A stretch of DNA of 64,000 bases, taken from NCBI GenBank assembly GCA_963773065.1, contig CAVYZN010000011.1, positions 188,967-252,966 on the forward strand, in the 5' to 3' direction. A program made the position numbers and the translations under genes. The notes under the pieces were generated by a model, which searched no databases, was not told the origin of the DNA, and saw only the letters and a program-made list of their open reading frames with translations. Below, in pieces: positions 23,272 through 32,184 of the stretch (position 1 is its first letter; every line of letters begins with the position of its first letter). The stretch comes from an uncultured Gammaproteobacteria bacterium. GTDB taxonomy: Bacteria > Pseudomonadota > Gammaproteobacteria > UBA9214.

Positions 23272-24193
23272 ATGGCCCGGAAAGCACCGTTACCACCCAC
23301 CGCACTCGTCGGTACTGCCAGCTGTTGAAGACAGTGCAACGACCTCACCGCTCAGCGTCGACATCGCCCGCATCCAGCCCTACGAACACAACCCGCGGCA
23401 TGGCCGCAATCCCGAATACGACCGGATCAAGGATTCAATCCGCAGCCAGGGTTTGGATCAACCGTTGGTGATTACGCAACGGCCCGGCGCCACCGACTAT
23501 ATCGTGCATGCCGGCGGCAATACCCGACTGCTGATTCTGAAAGAGCTGTTCGAGGAAACCGGTGATGAGCGGTTCGCGCGGATTCAGTGCGTGTTCAGAC
23601 CCTGGAGCCGCGAGTCGGATGTGCTGTTGGCCCATCTGCGGGAAAACGACCTGCGCGGCAGTCTCACCTTTATCGACAAGGCGCGCGCGGTCCTGGATGC
23701 AAAACAATTAATCGCAGAAGACCTGGAGGTCAAGGAGGTCTCGCTGAGAAGGCTCGAAACCGAGCTTGGAAAATCGGGGTACCGCATCACTAATTCCGTT
23801 ATCTGCCTGATGGTGTATGCCGTCGAGACGTTGCTGGAACTGATTCCACAGGCCCTCGAAGCGGGCATAGGAAGGCATCAGATCGGTCGGATTCGAGTCC
23901 TGGAGCGGGCGGCCAGGAAACTTTGGCAACGCCACGGTGCGGGCGATGACAGTGCGTTTGATGAGGTGTTTGCCGCCTTGTGCCGTCGTTACGACGGATG
24001 GAGTTGGGATACCGACCTCTTGCAGGGCGCCCTCGAGACCGAGATCGCCGAGGAGGCGGAGACCAGTATTCATACCATCCGGGTGGCGCTCCAGGCCGAG
24101 ATGAGCGGACGGGAACTGGTTATCCCGGAGTTCGTGCCGATCAAAGAGCCGCCCCAACCCGAACGGCGGGTGACGGTGACGGGAATCCGGTGA
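23272..24193 (+). CDS. ParB/Srx-fold N-terminal domain protein (ICE PFGI-1-class ParB-like), copy 1, start unresolved
   Basis: VDIARIQPYEHNPRHGRNPEYDRIKDSIRSQGLDQPLVITQRPGATDYIVHAGGNTRLLILKEL is a ParB N-terminal domain. The ATG at 23272 is in a different frame from the domain. The in-frame candidates are only CTG (23315). Confidence 0.72.
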
Positions 24194-24838
24194 CGCTCGA
24201 AGGACGTGATGTCCCTGAAGCGGGTGAAGCCGGGTTGAACCTGGCGAGTGAAGCACCCGTAAAGCCGACCGACGCATCGATTCAACCACAGGATCATCTT
24301 GATGATTCTACTGATTTTGATGACTCTGCTGCTGATGCATCTGAGCCCCTGAGTGACGACGGCCACTACGAGCCGACGGACCTGAAGTCCTTGCGCGGGC
24401 GGGCCTGGACCTTGGCGGCACGCCTGGCGCAACGCCATGGCATCGGGGATCTGGTCGTGCCGTTGTCGGGGAAGGGGCTGGGTTTTGTGTTGCGTGACGT
24501 ACCCGACCCGGTATTGGCGGATCAACTCGACGAGGACGCACTGGCTCAGATCTGCATGCTCTGGTGGCAGCTCGCGGCGTGTTCGGAAATGACGTATGCG
24601 CCGCCTGGAATCCATCGTTCCGCTTCTGCCGGCCGATTCCGTGCTCCGCCGTGCCCTGGTAGAGGAGGATGCCGAACTGCTCTTCAGCAGTATCTGGACG
24701 CTGGATCCCGGTCACACCGGCTATCGTCTGTGGCGTCCACTCCCTGACCGGGACTGGCGTGATCTGCTCACGCTCATGGAGACCTACCGGCATATCCGTC
24801 ACCTGGCCGCCGAAACCGGTACGGCCCTCTGGGACTGA
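24190..24838 (+). pseudogene. acidic-linker/C-terminal region associated with the ParB-like gene, copy 1, frameshifted
   Basis: GTG 24190 overlaps the upstream TGA (GTGA). The frame breaks after ...CSEMTYAP (one extra nt at about 24605 relative to copy 2) and resumes as ...PLLPADSVLRRAL...WRPLPDRDWRDLLTLMETYRHIRHLAAETG. May be a separate gene or the C-terminal half of a long ParB-family protein. Confidence 0.5.
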
Positions 24839-24843
24839 CGGCG

Positions 24844-25446
24844 ATGGAGGGGACCAAGGAAGCCGACCTGATAACAGCAGTCCTGATGTATGCCATGCGC
24901 TGTCTGGCCGAGGGTGACCAGGCGGCGTTACGTCACATGAACTTCGGCATCAAAGAAATCGAGGCGCTGCGTGAGATGCGGGTCGCGGATCTCTACCGGA
25001 TCGAATCCCTGCGTGCGCACTGCCTGGAGATTGCCCTCAACCGGCAGGTGTACTGGCCCATGATCGAACATCTGAGCGAGCAGCGCGCGCTGGAAGACAC
25101 GCTGCAGACGCTGATCGTGGCCGATGCCCCCCAGGAGATGATGCAGGTCTTGTTTGGGCTCAATCCGCGTGACTACACCCGGTTGCGCCGCCTCCTGTTA
25201 GTCGATCCCTCGATTGGCCGGCCACCCGAACTGGACGAGGCGAGTTCGCACCGGCTCTGGGACGCCTGGTCCAGTCGAGTAGACGGTGAGGAATCCGGGT
25301 TACTGACACCGGAACAGTATCTGGCGATCCAGGCGGAAACCGGCCTGTCGCTGCGCGCCATCTGGGGCCTGACGCAACGCTGGGCGCAGTACGGCAACCT
25401 GAACGGTCCGCTCGATGAGGAGACTGTACCCTCCGGGAACCCATGA
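24844..25446 (+). CDS. DUF2857 (STY4526/YPO1902-type island protein), copy 1
   Basis: 200-aa ORF positioned after the ParB-like gene, as in SPI-7/PFGI-1-type elements. The family call is from memory of that gene order and sequence style. Confidence 0.6.
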   Translation: MEGTKEADLITAVLMYAMRCLAEGDQAALRHMNFGIKEIEALREMRVADLYRIESLRAHCLEIALNRQVYWPMIEHLSEQRALEDTLQTLIVADAPQEMMQVLFGLNPRDYTRLRRLLLVDPSIGRPPELDEASSHRLWDAWSSRVDGEESGLLTPEQYLAIQAETGLSLRAIWGLTQRWAQYGNLNGPLDEETVPSGNP

Positions 25447-26229
25447 ATGAAGTGCCCGTCCCCCTGCGCTCGGAAACGCTCGCCCTCGATACCCTGATCC
25501 GGGCGGTCATCGCCAGGACCGAGGCCTCCGCCGGCCACGGTCCGCGGACCGCATGGTCTTCCTCGGGAACCGGCATCAGGCGTTTCCGACCGCGCTGGTC
25601 AAAGACCCGGTACTCGAACCGGTCGACAAGCTGGTGTGGATGGTCATCATGCTCGCGGCCGGCGAGACCGGTGGCAATACGGCCTTTCCCGGCCACGACG
25701 CCATCGGCCGGCTGGCCAATGTGTCCTCCCGCTCGACCATCGCCCGGGCCATCGCCATCCTGCGCGCCACCCGCTGGCTGACCCTGTGCGCCCAGGTACG
25801 CGGAGCCGGTGGCCGGTTTCACGGTCACGTCTATGCCCTGCATGACGAACCCCTGCCACTCGCCGATGCGTTGCATCTCGATGCCCACTATATGGCGTTC
25901 CTGGGGCAGGCGACGGGTCATGGCCATGCCCGGGTGCGTGCCGTGGCGCAGGGTGTGCTCGATTCCATCGACGAGGACATTCAGACCAGCCAGGACCTAT
26001 GTGCGCAACCCCACCCGATCGAGCGGCGGGTGCAAAGCCTGGTGGCCGAGCGCGGCGAGCGGCCACGGCGTTTCTTCTCCTTCACCCGCAAGGTGGTCAA
26101 GCAGTTGCGCACCGATGCACGCGGCAGAGAGAAAGGTGGCCTTCACCATGACCAAAATTCGAACACGGTGGAAAGCCGTGTACAAAATTCGAGCGCGCAA
26201 AAATCGACACCGAGTAGTAGTAGTTATAG
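25443..26229 (+). pseudogene. STY4528-like island replication/HTH protein, copy 1 (frameshifted and 3'-truncated)
   Basis: Same sequence as copy 2, but one A is missing at 25544/25545 (TCCG-CGGACC versus TCCGACGGACC). The gene ends at the duplication junction near 26229. Confidence 0.8.
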
Positions 26230-26877
26230 AACGTTCTGCTTGACCTCGATGATGCGGTTCGGCCACTCGGGATTCAGGGCCTTGAGGTACTGATGCCCGC
26301 CCTCGATGATCAGCTGTTTGAAGGTCGCTTCCGCGGTGTCTTCGAGTATGACGACCACGTACTTACCGCTGACCGGCTCGACCTGGGGGTCGACGAAGAT
26401 CAAGTCACCGTCGTGGAACTTGGGCTCCATGCTGATGCCATGCACCCGCAGGACATAGGTGTCCTGGCTGCAAATTACCGGGCAGGGAAGCCACTCATCG
26501 CCAGCCTGCGACTGGTAACCGTCGGCGATGTCCCTCCAGGCCCCCGCTTGCACCCAGGAGATGACCGGGTGGAGGCTGCGGAGATCCGGGCCAAGATGCA
26601 CGTTGGCATCCTTTCCGGCGAGGTTCGCTTGGCTCCATTCCGCCCGATGGGGCTCATCCATCCAGCCCGCGGACTTGCCCATCCCCTGTTCCAGTTTCCC
26701 GGCCAGATCGTCACCGATGCCGCGGGGTGTGCCCCGTTGGGTCGGCATCCGGCGCCGGACCTGGCTGAGGTAGGAACTGTTGGTGCCGACCCGGCGGGCC
26801 AGTTTGACGGCCGAACCGGCCTCGGCAATGAGAAATTCGAGGTTATTCAAGCGGATTTGCTCCGGGAGGCGTGTCAT
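26224..26877 (-). CDS. S24 peptidase repressor, copy 2 (C-terminal ~15 aa replaced at the junction)
   Basis: 12 substitutions in 214 aligned residues versus copy 1. Ends ...IIEVKQNVL instead of ...IVEVKQNARICGVVVFKGERL. Confidence 0.8.
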   Translation of the reverse strand: MTRLPEQIRLNNLEFLIAEAGSAVKLARRVGTNSSYLSQVRRRMPTQRGTPRGIGDDLAGKLEQGMGKSAGWMDEPHRAEWSQANLAGKDANVHLGPDLRSLHPVISWVQAGAWRDIADGYQSQAGDEWLPCPVICSQDTYVLRVHGISMEPKFHDGDLIFVDPQVEPVSGKYVVVILEDTAEATFKQLIIEGGHQYLKALNPEWPNRIIEVKQNVL

Positions 26878-26972
26878 GGCGTTGACTATAGCAAATTATT
26901 TAGCACATGGATAAATATATTGTTGGTAGATTTGCTTGATGGCATGAATGCGCGCTGCTAAGGTGCGCCCGC

Positions 26973-27224
26973 ATGAAGCTAAGGACCTTCTTGAAACGCG
27001 CCACCAAGCGCGAACGCACCGAGCTGGCGAGTGTCTGCAACCACTCCGTCGCCTACCTTTATCAGCTGGCCGGCCAGCATCGCCACGCCAGCCCTCAGCT
27101 GGCGACCCGCATCGAGCAGGTCAGCCGGCAGGTGGCGGCCCACTCCGGCGGACGGCTGGAACTCGTGCCGCGGGAAAGCCTCGTGCGGCATCCCGAAATT
27201 TTCGCCGGACTCCTCGGAGGCTAA
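26973..27224 (+). CDS. Cro/YdaS-like HTH protein, copy 2
   Basis: Protein identical to copy 1. The nucleotide differences I can see are all synonymous. Confidence 0.75.
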   Translation: MKLRTFLKRATKRERTELASVCNHSVAYLYQLAGQHRHASPQLATRIEQVSRQVAAHSGGRLELVPRESLVRHPEIFAGLLGG

Positions 27225-27227
27225 TCG

Positions 27228-28159
27228 ATGGCCCGGAAAGCACCGCTACCACCCACCGCTTCGTCTGGTACCGCAGCTGGTTGAAGACAGTGCAACGTCC
27301 ACACCGCTCAGCGTCGACATCGCCCGCATCCAGCCCTACGAACGCAACCCGCGGCAGGGCCGCAATCCCGAATACGATCGGATCAAGGATTCGATCCGCA
27401 GCCAGGGTCTCGATCAACCGTTGGTGATTACGCAACGGCCCGGCGCCACCGACTATATCGTGCATGCCGGCGGCAATACTCGTTTGCTGATTTTGAAAGA
27501 ACTGTACGAGGAAACCGATGATGAACGGTTCGCGCGGATTCAGTGTCGTGTTCAGGCCCTGGCGTCGTGAATCGGATGTGCTGCTCGCCCACCTGCGGGA
27601 AAACGACTTGCGCGGCAATCTCACCTTTATCGACAAGGCGCGTGCGGTCCTCGATGCAAGGCAATTAATCGCAGCGGAACTGGAGTGTCAATCGAGGTAT
27701 CCCTGAGAAGACTCGAAACCGAGCTTGGAAAAGCGGGATACCGCATCAGCTAATACCGGCCTCTGTCTGATGGAATATGCCGTTGAGAGGTTGCTGGAAT
27801 TGATTCCACAGGCCCTCGAAGCGGGCATAGGAAGGCGTCAGATCGGTCGGATGCGAGGCGCTGGAACGGGCGGCCAGGACACTTTGGCAACGCCATGGTG
27901 CGGGCGATGACAGTGCGTTTGATGAGGTGTTTGCCGCGTTGTGCCGCCGTTACGACGGTGCCGAAGTGGGATGCCGATCGTGTTGCAGGGCGCGATCGAG
28001 ACGGAAATCGCCGAGGCAGCCGAGATCAGCATTCATACCATCCGAGTGGCGCTCGAGACCGAGCTGAAAGGGCGGGAAGTGGTTATCCCGGAATTCGTGC
28101 CGATCAAGGAATCGCCCCAACCCGAAATCGGCAAGGTGACAGTGACGGGAATCCGGTGA
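27228..28159 (+). pseudogene. ParB-like N-terminal domain gene, copy 2, multiply frameshifted
   Basis: Homologous peptides are spread over ORFs 27031-27570, 27518-27706, 27725-27910 and 27941-28159 in different frames. Confidence 0.85.
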
Positions 28160-28808
28160 CACCCGAAGGGCATGATGACCATGAAGCGGATGACAGCCGG
28201 TTTGAACTTGGCGAGTGAAGCACGCGTAAAGCCGACCGACGCATCGCACTCAACCACAGGATCAATCTTGATGATTCTACTGATCTTGATGACTCTGCTG
28301 ATGATGCATCTGAGCCCCTGAGTGACGACGGCCACTACCAAGCCAACGGACTTGAAGTCATTGCGCGGCAGGGCCTGGACCTTGGCGGCACGCCTGGCGC
28401 AACGCCATGGCATCGGGGATCTGGTCATGCCGTTGTCGGGCAAAGGACTGGGTTATGTGCTGCAGTGACGTACCCGACCCGGTATTGGCGGATCAACTCG
28501 ACGAGGAGGCGCTGGCCCAGGTCTGCATGCTCTGGTGGCAACTCGCCGCGTGTTCGGAAATGACCTATGCGCCGCTTGCAGCCATCGTGCCCGTCCTGCC
28601 GGCCGATTCCGTGCTCCGCCGTGCCCTGGAAGAGGAGGATGCCGAACTGCTCTTCAGCAGTATCTGGACGCTGGATCCCGGTCACACCGGCTATCGTCTG
28701 TGGCGTCCACTCCCTGACCGGGACTGGCGTGATCTGCTCACGCTCATGGATACCTACCGGCGTATCCGTCACCTGGCCGCCGAAACCGGTACGGCTATCT
28801 GGGACTGA
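28156..28808 (+). pseudogene. ParB-associated C-terminal region, copy 2 (5' part disrupted)
   Basis: The 3' half (ORF 28407-28808, DVPDPVLADQLDEEAL...HLAAETGTAIWD) is in one frame. The 5' acidic part is broken by stops. Confidence 0.55.
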
Positions 28809-28813
28809 CGGCG

Positions 28814-29416
28814 ATGGAGGGGACCAAGGAAGCCGACCTGATAACAGCAGTCCTGATGTATGCCATGCGCTGTCTGGCCGAGGGTGACCAGGCGGCGTTA
28901 CGTCACATGAACTTCGGCATCAAAGAAATCGAGGCGCTGCGTGAGATGCGGGTCGCGGATCTCTACCGGATCGAATCCCTGCGTGCGCACTGCCTGGAGA
29001 TTGCCCTCAACCGGCAGGTGTACTGGCCCATGATCGAACATCTGAGCGAGCAGCGCGCGCTGGAAGACACGCTGCAGACGCTGATCGTGGCCGATGCCCC
29101 CCAGGAGATGATGCAGGTCTTGTTCGGGCTCAATCCGCGTGACTACACCCGGTTGCGCCGCCTCCTGTTGGTCGATCCCTCGATTGGACGGCCACCCGAA
29201 CTGGACGAGGCGAGTTCGCACCGGCTCTGGGACGCCTGGTCCAGTCGAGTAGACGGTGAGGAATCCGGGTTACTGACACCGGAACAGTATCTGGCGATCC
29301 AGGCGGAAACCGGCCTGTCGCTGCGCGCCATCTGGGGCCTGACACAACGCTGGGCGCAGTACGGCAACCTGAACGGTCCGCTCGATGAGGAGACTGTGCC
29401 CTCCGGGAACCCATGA
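28814..29416 (+). CDS. DUF2857 (STY4526-type) protein, copy 2
   Basis: The 200-aa product is identical to copy 1. Only three synonymous nucleotide differences were noticed. Confidence 0.6.
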   Translation: MEGTKEADLITAVLMYAMRCLAEGDQAALRHMNFGIKEIEALREMRVADLYRIESLRAHCLEIALNRQVYWPMIEHLSEQRALEDTLQTLIVADAPQEMMQVLFGLNPRDYTRLRRLLLVDPSIGRPPELDEASSHRLWDAWSSRVDGEESGLLTPEQYLAIQAETGLSLRAIWGLTQRWAQYGNLNGPLDEETVPSGNP

Positions 29417-30702
29417 ATGAAGTCCCCGTCCCCCTGCGCTCGGAAACGCTCGCCCTCGATACCCTGATCCGGGCGGTCATCGCCAGGACCGAGGCCTCAG
29501 CCGGCCACGGTCCGACGGACCGCATGGTCTTCCTCGGGAACCGGCATCAGGCGTTTCCGACCGCGATGGTCAAAGACCCGGTACTCGAACCGGTCGACAA
29601 GCTGGTGTGGATGGTCATCATGCTCGCGGCCGGCGAGACCGGTGGCAATACGGCCTTTCCCGGCCACGACGCCATCGGCCGGCTGGCCAATGTGTCCTCC
29701 CGCTCCACCATCGCCCGGGCCATCGCCATCCTGCGCGCCACCCGCTGGCTGACCCTGTGCGCCCAGGTACGCGGAGCCGGTGGCCGGTTTCACGGTCACG
29801 TCTATGCCCTGCATGACGAACCCCTGCCGCTCGCCGATGCGTTGCATCTCGATGCCCACTATATGGCGTTCCTGGGGCAGGCGACGGGTCATGGCCATGC
29901 CCGGGTCCGTGCCGTGGCCCAGGGTGTACTCGATTCCCTCGCTGAGGACCTAGCGGACGGCGAGGACCTTTGTGCGCAACCCCACCCGATCGAGCGGCGG
30001 GTGCAAAGCCTGGTGGCCGAGCGCGGCGAGCGGCCGCGGCGGTTCTTCTCCTTCACCCAAAAGGCAATCAAGGAGTTGCACACCGACACACGCGGCAGCC
30101 AGAAAGGGGGCCTTCACCATGACCAAAATTCGAACACGGTGGAAAGCCGTGTGCAAAATTCGAGCGCGCAAAAATCGACACCGAGTAGTAGTAGTTATAT
30201 AAATAAAACTACTACTACAACCCCAAGCGGGGAGCTGTCGAATTTTGCACTCACCGGGGAAAACCAGCAGCCCCTGGTCTACCCGGCACGGCTCTATCAC
30301 AACCACCGTGAAATCGCCGCACGCTATCTCAGCACGCTGGCCCCGGAACAGCGCCAACCCGTCCTCGATGAACTGGAAGGCCGCTTGCGGGCGGAAGCGA
30401 AGGGCATGCAGCCCGTGTATGACGCGATCAGCTTCCTGCACTCGCTCTGTAAGCAGATGCGGCATGGAAAATTTCAGCCCAACCTGGGGATCAGCGTACG
30501 AGAGGGACGCCAGGTGGGGAGGAAACGCTGGATCCAAAAGGGTTGCTCGAACGTGCATCACCGCCGCCAGCGGAGACCACGGGCAGCGGCGACAGCGAAA
30601 AACGGTCGGCAAGGCAGAGATCGCCAAGATGCGAAAGCGGCTGGGTATGAAGCGCATCAACGGAAAATCAAAACGTTACGGGCGAAAGTTAGATCCAGAT
30701 AG
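29413..30702 (+). CDS. STY4528-like island replication/HTH protein, copy 2 (full length; C-terminus uncertain)
   Basis: 429-aa ORF. ...FPGHDAIGRLANVSSRSTIARAIAILRATRWLTL is a winged-helix/HTH segment typical of this family. The basic C-terminal tail may be out of frame (an alternative frame reads ...KAEIAKMRKRLGMK). Confidence 0.65.
   Translation: MNEVPVPLRSETLALDTLIRAVIARTEASAGHGPTDRMVFLGNRHQAFPTAMVKDPVLEPVDKLVWMVIMLAAGETGGNTAFPGHDAIGRLANVSSRSTIARAIAILRATRWLTLCAQVRGAGGRFHGHVYALHDEPLPLADALHLDAHYMAFLGQATGHGHARVRAVAQGVLDSLAEDLADGEDLCAQPHPIERRVQSLVAERGERPRRFFSFTQKAIKELHTDTRGSQKGGLHHDQNSNTVESRVQNSSAQKSTPSSSSYINKTTTTTPSGELSNFALTGENQQPLVYPARLYHNHREIAARYLSTLAPEQRQPVLDELEGRLRAEAKGMQPVYDAISFLHSLCKQMRHGKFQPNLGISVREGRQVGRKRWIQKGCSNVHHRRQRRPRAAATAKNGRQGRDRQDAKAAGYEAHQRKIKTLRAKVRSR
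30185..30218. repeat. perfect 12-bp-stem palindrome with AT loop
   Basis: GTAGTAGTAGTT-ATATAAATAA-AACTACTACTAC inside the STY4528-like CDS. The left arm plus 3 loop nt recur at 26214-26228, at the duplication junction. Confidence 0.95.
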
Positions 30703-30739
30703 GGCTGCTCCACCGGGTGAGCACTCTGACATGGGCGTA

Positions 30740-30762
30740 GGGGTGTCGAAAATCGACACCCC
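30740..30762. other. hairpin GGGGTGTCG-AAAAT-CGACACCCC
   Basis: 9-bp stem. Contains a fourth copy of the AAAATCGACACC motif seen at 30170-30182. Confidence 0.8.
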
Positions 30763-30903
30763 ACGGCGTTGCGCGCTGCTATGCACACCATCAACACCTC
30801 AAGCATGCAGTAACCCATCGCGCACGCGCGCTCTGAAAACGACGACGGTTCACGAAGGGATTGTTGCTTGGCAGTGCCACCAGGTCAGCGGCTCAATAGC
30901 GCC

Positions 30904-31704
30904 ATGAATGCAGACAATTCTTTCTTCCTCAAGAGGCTCCGACGCTTGTCGAGCGATCCAGGCTGCCGGAGAAGCCAGGTGCACTTCGTGGACAGGTCTG
31001 GTTAACCGTCCAGACAAACCAGGCCCAGCAACTCATTCACGGTCGTGCGGGCACCCCCGATAAACCTGCAATCATCGGCCTGGTCGGCTTTGCCGATCGG
31101 TTGACGGGTGATCTGGCTGGCGGCGCGGCGTGACGATCCCTATGCGGACTGGTGGCTCATCAAGGTTCATGAGGCCATCGAGGCCAACGAGACGTTTATC
31201 CACCAGCGGCAGATGGAACTGGATACATTCCTGGAACAGATGACCGGCATGGAGGCGAATGTCGCGGCGTCGCAGCACCCCTACCGGGTTCGACTGCAAT
31301 TTGCCAACCCGTATGCCTACCGCGCTGCCCAGCTCGTGGCCAGCTATGACCGGCTGGTCTGCACGGCCCTGACGGCCCGCCACATCGGGCGGCTGGATGG
31401 TGCGGCGTACGTGCAGGTGCAGCAGGCTTGCGCACGCAAGCTCCGCGCACTCTTCATGCTCCCCCAAGGCTACCGCTTGCTGAAGATCGATCGGGAAGCC
31501 GTGCGCAAGCAAACCGGCAGAAGTCACGAAGCCCGCCAGGCCATGGGCGAAGTGCCCGAGGCTATCCTGAGCGGCGAACGCCAGGCGCCGCTGGTGCCAC
31601 GCAAGGTGAGCTTCCCATCTGCGGTTACCGGGCACGTTGGCCTGCATCCCACATCACCGGCAACCCAGATGAAGACCTCCGAAGTCGAAAACCCCGACGG
31701 CTAG
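30904..31704 (+). pseudogene. PFL_4669/TIGR03761-type ICE protein, frameshifted
   Basis: ORF 31108-31704 (DDPYADWWLIKVHEAIEANETFI...) lacks its N-terminus. The expected upstream part (...PGALRGQVWLTVQTNQAQQLIHGRAGTPDKPAIIGLVGFADRL) is in another frame, ending at about 31133. ATG 30904 is in a third frame. Confidence 0.6.
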
Positions 31705-31785
31705 GGTGTCGGGTTTTCGCTGGCGAGTCGTCACACCGTTCGCATAATCCATTTCCAAGTCCGCCGCCAATGAGACCACACGTCG

Positions 31786-32127
31786 ATGGCTAAAACGAAG
31801 CCCGGGTACCGAGTCGTTGTTGTGCAACTCGATCCCCGCGTGGCGCTGGAGGCGATCCTCCTGAACCGGCTGGAACGTATTCCATTGAGCCGCCGGCAAG
31901 AGTGGCTGCGCGGACTGCTGGTGCAGGGTTTTCGTGCCGAGTGCCAGGCATTGCGCGGTGTGCCGGATGAGGCACCGCACGCCGGTCGACAACGGCATTC
32001 AGCAAACGGCTGGCGGGTGCGGCGCAAAAACCGTCGACTGCTGCGACGGGACCCCTGGTGGTTCGACAGACCGGGAATGTGGCTGCCAATACGACTAGCA
32101 AACCCTTCGCCGCCCTGGGCAAGGTGA
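31786..32127 (+). CDS. hypothetical protein upstream of the ParM-like gene (possible partition adaptor; 3' end possibly frameshifted)
   Basis: 113-aa ORF. The N-terminal 60 aa look protein-like (VVVQLDPRVALEAILLNRLERIPLSRRQEWLRGLLVQGF). The Arg-rich tail looks out of frame. Confidence 0.4.
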   Translation: MAKTKPGYRVVVVQLDPRVALEAILLNRLERIPLSRRQEWLRGLLVQGFRAECQALRGVPDEAPHAGRQRHSANGWRVRRKNRRLLRRDPWWFDRPGMWLPIRLANPSPPWAR

Positions 32128-32184
32128 TCGGGTAGGGCAGACGGCGACGTGATCGAAACGAACGAACCAGAGGACCCAAAACTT

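Larger units (their letters stand above)
22276..26229 (+). repeat. tandem duplication unit, copy 1 (~3.96 kb)
   Basis: Collinear with 26232-30199. The offset is 3956 nt at the left end and 3970 nt at the right end, with scattered substitutions and small indels. Confidence 0.9.
26232..30199 (+). repeat. tandem duplication unit, copy 2
   Basis: See copy 1. The junction lies 3 nt into the loop of the palindrome that is complete only at 30185-30218. Confidence 0.9.

Noticed and set aside
22276-30199. Possibility that the tandem repeat is an assembly artefact (duplicated contig end or collapsed repeat).
   Set aside because: The copies differ by many substitutions and several indels and have different gene-integrity states. 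The junction is a unique sequence (palindrome arm joined to the repressor 3' region). An artefactual duplication would be identical. Read-level confirmation is still desirable.
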